Below are positions 21,075 through 30,129 of a DNA stretch of 64,000 bases, in pieces. The notes under the pieces are model-generated. The model was not told where the DNA came from and did not search any database. It was given only the letters and a program-made list of their open reading frames with translations. The DNA comes from an uncultured bacterium (GTDB taxonomy: Bacteria > Zixibacteria > MSB-5A5 > UBA10806): the NCBI GenBank assembly GCA_965541585.1, contig CBEUCH010000017.1, forward strand, positions 20,874 through 84,873, in the 5' to 3' direction. The translations under genes and the position numbers were made by a program. Each line of letters begins with the position of its first letter. The stretch's first letter is position 1.

Positions 21075-21965
21075 ATGCGAAAAACGTCACTTCTGGTTCT
21101 GGCGGCCGTCATCTGTTTGATTTCTTCGGCGACCGCGCAGGACAGTATTAGAGTTGCGGTGGAAGCGGAGAAAACGGACTTTTTATTGGGCGAGCCGGTT
21201 GCCGTCTATGTCACGATCACGAATACCGGGACCCAGGATATCCGGGTTTATTCGGAGGTTGGGCCGGAGTTCGATGGAAGCTATTATTTCATCACCGATC
21301 CCGATGGCAACACACGGGCGTTTTCTCCGATATTCGTCGCCGAACCGGATGATCTCAGGACGCTCAGGCAAAACCAGAGCGTAAAAGGAGGCGGTCAAAT
21401 ATCCTACGGCGGCGAAGGATATTACTTTCCGAAACCGGGGAATTATGAAGTCGTCGTCCATTACAAAGGAGTTCAATCGGATCCTCTGCAGCTCACCGTT
21501 CTTTCTCCTCAAAACCAGGCGGAGCAAGAACAGGCCGATCTGATACTCGATCATCCCGAGGTCGGGCTATTCCTGGCCCTTGAGGGCGGCGATTTTCTCG
21601 AAGACGCCCTGGCACAAATCGAAACGCTTTCCGGCAAATATCCTAATTCGTTGATCACCTCCCACATGCTTTATGCCAAGGCGAAAAATCTATCCGTACC
21701 GGCCCGTAATTTTACTACCGGGAAACCCCGGGACGCAGACTTTCCCGGAGCCATAGGTATCCTGAATACCCTTAAGGATAGAAATCTGCCGTTATTCTAT
21801 CAGAGTCGCGTATTCGGGACTCTCTCCCTCTGCCTCGAGAAAACGGGAAGAAAAAACGAGGCGGTAGAGACTTACCGCGAGTTCCAGAGAAAACTGGAAT
21901 TGAACGAACGGCTGAAACCTTTTCACATTGAAAAGATCCAGAAGGAGCTGAGAAGGCTTCAGTAG
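21075..21965 (+). CDS. Secreted protein, Ig-like N-domain plus helical/TPR-like C-domain
   Basis: Sec signal (ATA|Q), K-F-LGEPV-V-VTITN...PGNYEV beta-sandwich pattern; AAGGAG RBS. Confidence 0.75.
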   Translation: MRKTSLLVLAAVICLISSATAQDSIRVAVEAEKTDFLLGEPVAVYVTITNTGTQDIRVYSEVGPEFDGSYYFITDPDGNTRAFSPIFVAEPDDLRTLRQNQSVKGGGQISYGGEGYYFPKPGNYEVVVHYKGVQSDPLQLTVLSPQNQAEQEQADLILDHPEVGLFLALEGGDFLEDALAQIETLSGKYPNSLITSHMLYAKAKNLSVPARNFTTGKPRDADFPGAIGILNTLKDRNLPLFYQSRVFGTLSLCLEKTGRKNEAVETYREFQRKLELNERLKPFHIEKIQKELRRLQ

Positions 21966-21971
21966 GCGAAG

Positions 21972-21998
21972 GGGCCGCCTTCGGGCGGCCCTCCCTTT
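21972..21998 (+). terminator. Intrinsic terminator-like hairpin
   Basis: GGGCCGCC-TTCG-GGCGGCCC just after the stop, short T tract. Confidence 0.65.
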
Positions 21999-22139
21999 AA
22001 AATCCTGAGATCGGGACTGTCAGGCTTTGCCTTTGATCGCCCGATCTATAGAATTCTATATAAGCTTTTTGCTGCTTTTCCCTCAGGATGGAAGCCTTCG
22101 ACATCCTGAGGGCAATTGTCTCATCAAGCAGGCGTCAGG

Positions 22140-22157
22140 TCCTACGGATCCGTAGGA
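22140..22157. repeat. 18-bp perfect palindrome TCCTACGGATCCGTAGGA (variants at 51562 and 54864)
   Basis: Direct reading; three related copies in the window. Confidence 0.85.
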
Positions 22158-22196
22158 ATGTCATTTCATTTCCATCCTCACGCAAAAGAGTCAGCC

Positions 22197-22679
22197 CTAA
22201 AACATCTCCCCTAACCTGGCGGCTATAGTCTCCAGGAGCTTCTCATCGCCGTCGCTGAAGGCGTTCAACTTATCAGAATCAATATCGATCTCTCCCTTGA
22301 CCTGATCTCCAATCATAATCGGGACTACTATCTCAGATTTAGTTTCAATGGAGCATGCCAGATACCTGGGATCGGTGCTGACATCCGGGATAACAATAGT
22401 TCTTTTGGCGCGGGCGGCGGCCCCGCAAATGCCCTCATTAACCGGAATTTCGCCATGCTGAGACGGTTTTCCCCTGTAAGGCCCTAATCTTAAAACATCG
22501 TCGTCATCCAGTATATAAATCCCCACCCAGTTATAATGGGGGACGCTGGCGTATAAGAGCCCGACAACCGCCTCCATTGCCGATTGGCTATTCGATGCCG
22601 TCTTGATAAAATCATCGGCGACCATTGCTATCCTGGATTTGGAGATATCTTCTAAAAACTCATCGGTCATCGTTTCCAT
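22197..22679 (-). CDS. msrC: GAF-domain free methionine-(R)-sulfoxide reductase-like protein
   Basis: NWVGIY, LGPYRG, GICG, YLACS-ETKSEIVVP, IDIDS; first (resolving) Cys absent. Confidence 0.8.
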   Translation of the reverse strand: METMTDEFLEDISKSRIAMVADDFIKTASNSQSAMEAVVGLLYASVPHYNWVGIYILDDDDVLRLGPYRGKPSQHGEIPVNEGICGAAARAKRTIVIPDVSTDPRYLACSIETKSEIVVPIMIGDQVKGEIDIDSDKLNAFSDGDEKLLETIAARLGEMF

Positions 22680-23674
22680 TCCTTGACAGCGTTGCTGAGT
22701 GCAAACAGGTTCTCATCCGGGGTATTTACCTTTACCGCGCACCCCGGGCCAATCATCAACCTCCCCGGCGGGGAGTCGCGAAAAGAATTCTCGATCTGAC
22801 TTCTTATCTGGTCTTCCGAACCGTTTATCAGTACGCCGTTCTGATCGATTCCTGTGAGAAATATCTTATCGGTGATCTGGGCCGCCTGGTGGATCGATAA
22901 ATTTCCGGCCTCGAAGGGATTCCAGCTTAGAACCGGGACGGGATAATCCCTGAAAAGCGGTAACATATTGTTGGCTTTACAGACGTGGACAACATTGAAT
23001 ATGCCACTGCCGGCCGCCTGAAGTACCCGCAGGTCATAGGGACGTCCGAATTCGAGATATTGCTCCTCTGTTATACGATCGCGGCTGGCCCATTCGGTAG
23101 TCGCAAAGAAAATCCCCGCCATACCTATCTGCATGAATTCCCCGACATAACCGCTGAAAGTAGCAGTAATCGATTCCAGGGTCTTATGAAGATCGTCAGG
23201 CGCCTCGTGCATCATCTCTATGAAACGTCCCTCATCCTTTATCAAGTCCCCGGCAATTGATAACGGTGAAAAGATTGTGGGAAGACAGAACACCTCCGAT
23301 CCTGTTTGAGCCAGTATCTCTTTCCCGGCGTTCAGGGTCTCGCCCAGGGCTCCTGATCTCCAATCAAGCGGTTTTATTTTCTCCCAATCCGATTTTTCAG
23401 CAACCGGATAGATTTCGGGCGATGGTTTCACCATAGAATCATTCGAATATCGGAACCTCATCCCCCAGTCTTCGACATGGTATGATGCCCGCGAATTGAT
23501 CTTGATAAAATCCCAATCATACTTCCTCTGAAAACCGATCATCGATTTAACCAGATCCGGTTTTGTATTCTCCTTATCGAAGAAATGTCTCCATGCGGAA
23601 ACAACGGGGCGGTCTACCTCCCGCCCCTCAAGGACTCTCTTGACACGTTCCTTATGTGTTAATTGCTCTCTCAT
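22667..23674 (-). CDS. Uroporphyrinogen decarboxylase/MtaA-like family protein with Zn motif
   Basis: ERV...VDRP, TIFSPL, YLEFGRPYD, HVC (HxC) and GPGC. Confidence 0.82.
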   Translation of the reverse strand: MREQLTHKERVKRVLEGREVDRPVVSAWRHFFDKENTKPDLVKSMIGFQRKYDWDFIKINSRASYHVEDWGMRFRYSNDSMVKPSPEIYPVAEKSDWEKIKPLDWRSGALGETLNAGKEILAQTGSEVFCLPTIFSPLSIAGDLIKDEGRFIEMMHEAPDDLHKTLESITATFSGYVGEFMQIGMAGIFFATTEWASRDRITEEQYLEFGRPYDLRVLQAAGSGIFNVVHVCKANNMLPLFRDYPVPVLSWNPFEAGNLSIHQAAQITDKIFLTGIDQNGVLINGSEDQIRSQIENSFRDSPPGRLMIGPGCAVKVNTPDENLFALSNAVKEWKR

Positions 23675-23829
23675 GTTTTATCCGATTGCCTGCCCGATCT
23701 TAAACTGACCCGATATTCCCTATCATTACATTCAACCGACGGTCATATAATGCAATCAGACTTTTCCTGTCAATAGCGACCTGCAAGTTAGATATTCCAC
23801 GTTTCAGGGGAGTCGGCAGAATTTCATGC

Positions 23830-25668
23830 TTATCCACTCTTCAGACTCTCGACTATCCTGACGCTGGTTTCATAACGACCAAATGAAGGCATCAGATATA
23901 TGCCGGCGACCAGGTCTCTGACTTCATCTATGAACATTACTGCAATCTCCTCCCCCACATTTGCTGACTTCTCGCCGGCCTTTTCCATAGTTTGTCTTAT
24001 ATCCTCCGGTATGTCGATTCCGGGAACCTCGTTGTGTAAGAACTGCGCATGCTTGAAACTTACCAGAGGCAACACTCCCAGCATAATGGGAACACCCGAT
24101 ATATTCAGTTTATCCAGAAACCGACGGAGTAAGTCGCTTTCATATAGCGGTTGGGTCATGATATACTGGCCACCCGCATCAAGTTTTTCTCGCAGGCGCG
24201 ATACCTCTGCATCGAGATCCGGGTTTGCCGGATTGGCGGCCACGCCGATCGAAAACTCCGTCGGTTTTCCAATAGAATTGCCGGCAAAATCATTACCAGA
24301 ATTCAGCCTGGCAATGATTTTCACAAGACCGATAGAATCAACGTCATAAACGGCGGTGGCCTGAGGATAATCGCCTATGGATGGCGGGTCGCCGGTAAGA
24401 GCCAATATATTCCGAATGCCTATGGCGTTGGCCCCGATCAAATCGGATTGCAGACCCATCAGATTCCTGTCTCGCGTGGTGAAATGAAGGATAATATCGA
24501 TATCCACCGACGATGAGATCAGGTACGCGAGAGCCAGACAGCTCATTCTAACCCTGGCCATGGGAGAATCGGCTATATTGACGGCGTCGGCGCCGGCGTC
24601 CTTTAGTTTTAGAGCCGCTTCGAGCATCTTGGCGGGATTGGTGCCCTTGGGAGGGTCTATTTCCACCGATATAGCAAATTGTCTTTTCAATGTTTCGAAA
24701 AACCTGGTGGAAGAACCGCGGCCAGGCTTGACCGCAGGTAATCGATCGAGCTCTTTTACTTTCACCGTGGGCGTCCGCTTTTCCACGGTCGAATCCTTCA
24801 CGGCCTTGGATAATGCGGCTATATGTTCCGGCGTTGTGCCGCAGCAGCCACCGACTATACAGGCACCGGCTTTCACGAAGGCTCTGGCAAAATCGCCAAA
24901 ATAATCCGGGGATGATAGATAAACGAATCTTCCGCCAAAATACCTCGGCAGACCGGCATTGGGCTGGGCTGAAATATAGGGCACCCCGAGTTCTGAAAGC
25001 TGCTCAACGGCCTCCAGCATTTTCTGTGGCCCGACAGAGCAATTGGTGCCCATCACGTCTACATCGAGCGGCAAAAGACGAGCGGCCATCTCCGCCGGAG
25101 TAGTGCCAAAATAGGTGGTACCCTCGGTGGTAAAAGTCATCTGGGCGACAATAGGCAGGTCTGCAACGGACCTGACGGCGGAAACTGCAGCCACTATTTC
25201 GTCGATGCTGGAAATTGTCTCGATCATGAAGAGGTCGACACCACCTTCGAGTAAGGCCTCCGCCTGTTCTACGAACGCTTCTCTGGCTTCCTCGACCTTG
25301 ATTTTACCCAGCGGCTCGATCGGTTTTCCCAACGGACCTATTGAACCGGCGACCAGCACATCGATGCCGCTAATTTCTCTTGCTTCGCGAGCGATCTTAG
25401 CTCCCTTTAAGCTTATCTCTCTGACAAGATGCTCCAATCCATGGCTGGCAAGTCTGAAACGATTGCCACCGAATGTGTTCGTCTCTATAATCTCTGCACC
25501 GGCACTTATATATTCGCGATGAACTTCCTCCACCAAGTCCGGCCGTGAAACGCAGAGCTCATCAAGACAGCGATCGTATGAGATCCCTCTTTGATTGAGA
25601 TAGGTTCCCATGGCGCCGTCGCAAACCAATACTCCCGCGTCCAGCCGCTTTTTGAGATCGATTCTCAT
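23830..25668 (-). CDS. Bifunctional homocysteine S-methyltransferase / methylenetetrahydrofolate reductase (YitJ-like)
   Basis: DGAMGT, ETNTFG, NCSVGP, GGCCGT; MetF half VEIDPPKG, TRDRN, LTGDP, TQP. Confidence 0.93.
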   Translation of the reverse strand: MRIDLKKRLDAGVLVCDGAMGTYLNQRGISYDRCLDELCVSRPDLVEEVHREYISAGAEIIETNTFGGNRFRLASHGLEHLVREISLKGAKIAREAREISGIDVLVAGSIGPLGKPIEPLGKIKVEEAREAFVEQAEALLEGGVDLFMIETISSIDEIVAAVSAVRSVADLPIVAQMTFTTEGTTYFGTTPAEMAARLLPLDVDVMGTNCSVGPQKMLEAVEQLSELGVPYISAQPNAGLPRYFGGRFVYLSSPDYFGDFARAFVKAGACIVGGCCGTTPEHIAALSKAVKDSTVEKRTPTVKVKELDRLPAVKPGRGSSTRFFETLKRQFAISVEIDPPKGTNPAKMLEAALKLKDAGADAVNIADSPMARVRMSCLALAYLISSSVDIDIILHFTTRDRNLMGLQSDLIGANAIGIRNILALTGDPPSIGDYPQATAVYDVDSIGLVKIIARLNSGNDFAGNSIGKPTEFSIGVAANPANPDLDAEVSRLREKLDAGGQYIMTQPLYESDLLRRFLDKLNISGVPIMLGVLPLVSFKHAQFLHNEVPGIDIPEDIRQTMEKAGEKSANVGEEIAVMFIDEVRDLVAGIYLMPSFGRYETSVRIVESLKSG

Positions 25669-25677
25669 CTGCAGTGG

Positions 25678-25706
25678 ATTTTAGCTGAAAATCAATATTC
25701 TGTCAA
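25678..25706 (-). promoter_or_regulatory. Sigma70 promoter of the HMT-MetF gene
   Basis: TTGACA-N17-TAAAAT, 9 nt before ATG 25668. Confidence 0.7.
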
Positions 25707-25710
25707 CAAT

Positions 25711-25861
25711 GGTCAGGTTCCCGGGTAGCTTTTGTCTGAGGATCTGGCTCTTTGGTCGTACAGGGCCCGAACACCCGTTCTGTAACGGTGATCCATCGTG
25801 AGGGCCCTATGGCAGCTCCCATTGCCGCCCTGGGGTCCCGACGCATATCCGGAACAGGACT
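25711..25861 (+). ncRNA. Candidate structured ncRNA, rod-like with central bubble (6S RNA-like)
   Basis: End-to-end pairing GTC..GTTCC.GGGTA/TATCCGGAAC..GAC, GGATCT/GGGTCC, AGGGCCC/GGGCCCT, CCGTT/AACGG; G-U pairs favour the + strand. Confidence 0.45.
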
Positions 25862-25907
25862 TGGATTGATGATGTATGAGAATTAATTAATAAAAGAAGA
25901 GTTCTGA

Positions 25908-26381
25908 TCAATTGCCCAGGGTTTCAAGGATACCGAGAATGCTATTATTTTCCCCGGTCGAGCCGGGGAAATAGCTTTCCCTGGTAGGAACGCGCCAGTT
26001 GACAGGCGATTTGGTGTTGTTGCAGAGGAAGTATTTGACGGTTCTCTTAAGTCTCTCGGAGAAAGCCAGGGCGCCTTCTCTGGGAGTTTCAATAAGTAGA
26101 ATTGCCATCTTCCCTGAACCGTCATTTGAAAGAAGGTCCGTTTCCCTGATTGATTTTTTCACCAGATCACCGAGACCGAAATGAAATTGATCGAGATCGG
26201 AGAAATTCTCGATCTCGCCGTAAGAATTGATATGGGAAATGTCCAGAAGGACTAACGAAATAAACGTGGGGTATCTTTTCGCCCGCCTTATCTCTTCGGT
26301 CGCCCGGGCTTTGAAAATCTCCAGATTATTGTACATCGATTCGAGATCCGGTGAATTTGCATTTGTTGTCATTTTATCCAT
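25908..26381 (-). CDS. Stand-alone degenerate GGDEF-domain protein
   Basis: EEIRRAKRY...SLVLLDI...IRETDLLSND-GSGKM-AILLIET...A-AFSERL; RxxD I-site intact, GGDEF replaced. Confidence 0.75.
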   Translation of the reverse strand: MDKMTTNANSPDLESMYNNLEIFKARATEEIRRAKRYPTFISLVLLDISHINSYGEIENFSDLDQFHFGLGDLVKKSIRETDLLSNDGSGKMAILLIETPREGALAFSERLKRTVKYFLCNNTKSPVNWRVPTRESYFPGSTGENNSILGILETLGN

Positions 26382-26449
26382 CCGACAGGCTTCGGCACCT
26401 CATCTATTTCGAGGCTGTCGAACCGGCTAATTTAATTCACTTATCGAAT

Positions 26450-26465
26450 AGCAAAATGAATGCCG
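26450..26465 (-). promoter_or_regulatory. Sigma54 -24/-12 promoter for the degenerate GGDEF gene
   Basis: CGGCATTCATTTTGCT (GG-N10-GC); palindrome TTTTGCA-N3-TGCAAAA at 26596-26612 as possible enhancer site. Confidence 0.7.
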
Positions 26466-26634
26466 CTATCGGAAGAGGAGCAGGAGGCGATCATTGACGT
26501 GGAGAGCCAGCCCTATTTTATTATATACGAATAAGTTACACTCAAATTCATTCTCGTCTGCATAGAAGAAACCGGGCCAGTCAAGCCAGCCCGGCTTTTG
26601 CATTTTGCAAAAACTTTCACATATAGTGCATGGT

Positions 26635-28026
26635 CTAATCTATGATTTTATAGTCTTTTATTTTATAAAGGAGCGACCGATAACTAATATCGAGCAATTT
26701 GGACGCCTTCCGCCTATTCCAGTTCGTTTTGTGTAAGACTTTGGTAATCAATAGCTTCTCAACTTCGCCCACTACATCATGAACCTTCTTCTTTAGCGAG
26801 AAATCACCATCAGATATATCTACGATGGCATTTTTCATTCCGGCGCCAGGGATCGGGCCTTTCAGGGTATCATAAATTATATTTTCGTCGGATCTGACGA
26901 CTATCTGCTTCATCAAATTCTCAAGTTGGCGAACGTTTCCGGGCCAATCGTAATTCTGCAGTTGCCTGATTGTCTCGGATTTCAGTTCCCGCCGCTTCTT
27001 GCCGTACAATATCGAGTATTTTTCGAGGAAATGGTCAACGAGAAGAGGAATGTCGATACGCCTGCTGCTGAGTGGAGGCAAATTAACTGTGATTTCATTC
27101 AGCCTGTAGAACAGATCGTCCCTCATATTCCCATCAGCAATAGCCTGTTCGAGGTCTCTGTTTGTGGCACAGACAATCCTGACATCGACGTGAATATTAT
27201 TAATGCCGCCGACCCTTACGAATTCCTGCTGTTCCAAGACCTGCAGCAGTTTCGACTGTAGCTCCAGAGGCATATCACCGATCTCATCCAGGAACATGGT
27301 TCCCTTATCCGCAATTTCGAATCTCCCCGGCTTCGTCTTGTGAGCTCCGGTAAAGGCGCCTTTTTCATACCCGAACAATTCGGCCTCGAGGAGATCCCGA
27401 GGAATAGCGGCGCAGTTTACTTTCACAAAAGGCTCTTTGCAGCGGCTGGATTTGGCATGAATCATTCTGGCGACTATCTCCTTGCCGGTACCGGAAACAC
27501 CCCTTATCAATACGGTCAACTCAGAATCGGCAATTTCTTCGACCATGTTTTTAACATCGACCATGGAGGCTGAGTCTCCGATGAGAGTTCCCTGTTCGCT
27601 TTTTCTGAGCTTTTCCTGAAGTGCGACAAGCTCCTCTTTCAGCTTTCTTTTTTCGAGCACGGAGCGTATATGTATCTCGACCTCTCTAACGTCAAAGGGC
27701 TTATTTATGAACTCGGCAGCTCCTTTTTTCACCGAATCTACGATGTTTTTTGTGTCGCCATGGCCCGAAAGCATGATGACATCAACGCTGTCATCGATAG
27801 TCCTGATTTTTTCCAGAACCTCGATCCCGTTCATCCCCGGCATCTGTATATCGAGAAGCACCAACTTGGGCCTCTGTCGTGGTGGTGTCTGGGAGATTTT
27901 GCTTATGCCCTCTTTCCCGTCGCGCGCGGAATCCACGGAGTATCCATTCCCGAGCCCCTCGGACAAGATCCAGGGAACCTTCGGATCATCGTCAATCACC
28001 AGAATATGTACAGCTTTTTCGCCCAT
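26635..28026 (-). CDS. Sigma54-dependent response regulator (AtoC/NtrC-like)
   Basis: Receiver domain, GVSGTGKE, GAFTGA, Fis HTH. Confidence 0.93.
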   Translation of the reverse strand: MGEKAVHILVIDDDPKVPWILSEGLGNGYSVDSARDGKEGISKISQTPPRQRPKLVLLDIQMPGMNGIEVLEKIRTIDDSVDVIMLSGHGDTKNIVDSVKKGAAEFINKPFDVREVEIHIRSVLEKRKLKEELVALQEKLRKSEQGTLIGDSASMVDVKNMVEEIADSELTVLIRGVSGTGKEIVARMIHAKSSRCKEPFVKVNCAAIPRDLLEAELFGYEKGAFTGAHKTKPGRFEIADKGTMFLDEIGDMPLELQSKLLQVLEQQEFVRVGGINNIHVDVRIVCATNRDLEQAIADGNMRDDLFYRLNEITVNLPPLSSRRIDIPLLVDHFLEKYSILYGKKRRELKSETIRQLQNYDWPGNVRQLENLMKQIVVRSDENIIYDTLKGPIPGAGMKNAIVDISDGDFSLKKKVHDVVGEVEKLLITKVLHKTNWNRRKASKLLDISYRSLLYKIKDYKIID

Positions 28027-28031
28027 AAAAT

Positions 28032-30128
28032 CTAAGCTCTCAAATCAACCATGAAGGTCGTCCCTTCCCCGACTTTACTATTTACGGAAATCCGGCCGTT
28101 ATGAACCAGTATAATCCTTTCGGCAATCGCCAGCCCGAGCCCGGTGCCGGTTTGTTTCGTCGTATAGTATCTGGCGAAGATCCTTCCCAAATCCTCCTCT
28201 GAGATGCCGACGCCAGTATCCTCAATCTTGATCCTCAGCCAATTTTGCCCATCTTCGGCAATTTCTTGCACATTTATAGTTAGGATTCCGCCTCTGTCCA
28301 TGCTATCGACCGCGTTTTGGAGAATATTAATGAAAACCTGAAACATCTCCGGCTCATTTACCATAACGTCAAGCTCGCCGGGACCATAGTCTTTGATCAG
28401 GCGGATTCCTTTGCTCAGCAAATCGGCGCTCAGGAGTTTCAAGCTTTTATCAAGCAATTTGCTTATGTGGAGTTTCCTGGTCTCGTATTTATTGGGATCG
28501 GAGAATTCCACCATCTCCTTCACCAGCTCGGAGAGCCGCTGGATTTCTATTTCTGCCTCCGGAAAAAACTCACGGGCTTTCTCGCCTTTGATTTTCTCTT
28601 TGTATATCTGTGTGATGCCTTTGATATTCGTAAGCGGCTTTTTTAAATCGTGGCCGATCTCGGCGATAAGGCGCCCCATGGTCACAAGCTGAGTGGCGTT
28701 CAATACGGCTTTCTGTCGCTGGTAGATGGCTGCTGTCTGAGTCAACGCCAGAACCGCCAACTCCCTTAGTGAATCGGTGAACCTGTAGTCCTGTGGAAAA
28801 ACAAGCATCGCAACTCCGGCGAGAGCGCGCCTGATATAGATCGGCAGCGGTACTACCTTGACGTCGCGTCCGATGACCTTCCCGAAACTGTTAGACAGCT
28901 TCATCAAGATCTCCTGCATTAATTCCGGATCGGCCGCCTTGCCGATCGATATTGTCTCGCTTTCGAGTTTCACCGCCGTTAAATGCCCGGGGATTGCGGT
29001 CTCAGGAAGCTCACCATGATAAAATTCCAGCAGTAGTTCTCCGCTCCTCTCGAGATAGTCATACCAGAAAATGGACTCCAGCCTGACGAGCTTTCGCATG
29101 CCCTCGAACGTAACCTCGCCAATCTTTTTAGGGTCGTCGAGCATGGAGACCTTTTCCGCCAGGCCGTGAAGTACAGTCAAGTAGTCTATGGTCTCGGTCT
29201 TTTCCGCAATAAGATTGGCTCTATCTATGGCCACTGCAGCGGGCACCGCAAGGGCGTGCAGCAATCGGAGGTCATCCTCCGAGAATGGTTTTCCGCTTGT
29301 CTTATTATTCAAATTTATGACACCATAGAGTTCATCTTTATAAGTCAGGGGAACTGAAATGAGAGATTTCGATTCATATTTCTGCCGGTTTATCCGCGCA
29401 AACCTCGGGTCTTTTTCGATATCCTCGACTATTAGGGGACGACCGGTCTTGGCAACGTAACCTGAGATCGACGAGCCGAGCTTCATGCGGGTGGTTTGAA
29501 CGACGCTGTCTTCGAGACCACATGATGCGCCGATATAGAGCTCGTTCTGGCCGGGGTCGAGGATCATTACCGACCCGAGCTTAGCTCCAATAACATCTAT
29601 GGCCAGCGATAATATGGCTGTCAGGGCCTCCTTCAGATCCACGGTGGTGGCAAGGAGGTTGCCTGCGCTTGAAAGAGCGTCAAGCTGGACAAGTTTCATC
29701 TGCAATGTTTCATTGGCAACCTTTAACTCCGTCAGCAGACGCAGTCTTTCGAGTTCTGCCTCTCTTTTCTCAATACCCCTGGTCACAGCCAGCTTAAGTT
29801 CATCGAGTTCCAGAGGCTTGGTTAGGTATCCGAATGCTCCTTCACCGACGGCATTCTTGGCCGTTTCCAACGAGGCGTATCCGGTTATAAGAATCACGCC
29901 CATATAGGGGTCTTTTTCCCGGGCCCGTCTCAATAGTTCAATACCATCATATTGGGGCATTCTGATATCCGCAATTACAAGATCGAATTCCGATTTTTCC
30001 ATAAGGTCTAAGGCTGCAGCGGAATCGTTCTCACCCACAACCTCGTAACCTTCCATGGTCAGAAGCGTTTTCAGACTGTCCACCATGCGAGGTTCATTAT
30101 CTACGATCAGTATCCTGCTTCTCGCCAT
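28032..30128 (-). CDS. Hybrid sensor kinase REC-GAF-(GAF-like)-HisKA-HATPase
   Basis: N-terminal receiver, GAF with NKTSGKPFSEDD, EIGHDLKKPL, N/G boxes. Confidence 0.9.
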   Translation of the reverse strand: MARSRILIVDNEPRMVDSLKTLLTMEGYEVVGENDSAAALDLMEKSEFDLVIADIRMPQYDGIELLRRAREKDPYMGVILITGYASLETAKNAVGEGAFGYLTKPLELDELKLAVTRGIEKREAELERLRLLTELKVANETLQMKLVQLDALSSAGNLLATTVDLKEALTAILSLAIDVIGAKLGSVMILDPGQNELYIGASCGLEDSVVQTTRMKLGSSISGYVAKTGRPLIVEDIEKDPRFARINRQKYESKSLISVPLTYKDELYGVINLNNKTSGKPFSEDDLRLLHALAVPAAVAIDRANLIAEKTETIDYLTVLHGLAEKVSMLDDPKKIGEVTFEGMRKLVRLESIFWYDYLERSGELLLEFYHGELPETAIPGHLTAVKLESETISIGKAADPELMQEILMKLSNSFGKVIGRDVKVVPLPIYIRRALAGVAMLVFPQDYRFTDSLRELAVLALTQTAAIYQRQKAVLNATQLVTMGRLIAEIGHDLKKPLTNIKGITQIYKEKIKGEKAREFFPEAEIEIQRLSELVKEMVEFSDPNKYETRKLHISKLLDKSLKLLSADLLSKGIRLIKDYGPGELDVMVNEPEMFQVFINILQNAVDSMDRGGILTINVQEIAEDGQNWLRIKIEDTGVGISEEDLGRIFARYYTTKQTGTGLGLAIAERIILVHNGRISVNSKVGEGTTFMVDLRA

Positions 30129-30129
30129 G

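Larger units (their letters stand above)
17759..22195. mobile_element. Putative 4.4-kb genomic islet inserted in the fRMsr gene (no integrase)
   Basis: Bounded by the 187-bp direct repeat; accessory cargo genes. Confidence 0.7.

Noticed and set aside
17572..22382. Repeat pair as a DGR template/variable repeat
   Set aside because: Mismatches are not adenine-specific, are mostly synonymous, and no reverse transcriptase is in the window.
25711..25861. SAM or cobalamin riboswitch controlling the HMT-MetF gene
   Set aside because: The consensus motifs (ATC-AGAG/GCAACC; GGGAA/GCCACTG) are not found in the expected arrangement, and a sigma70 promoter lies between the element and the gene.
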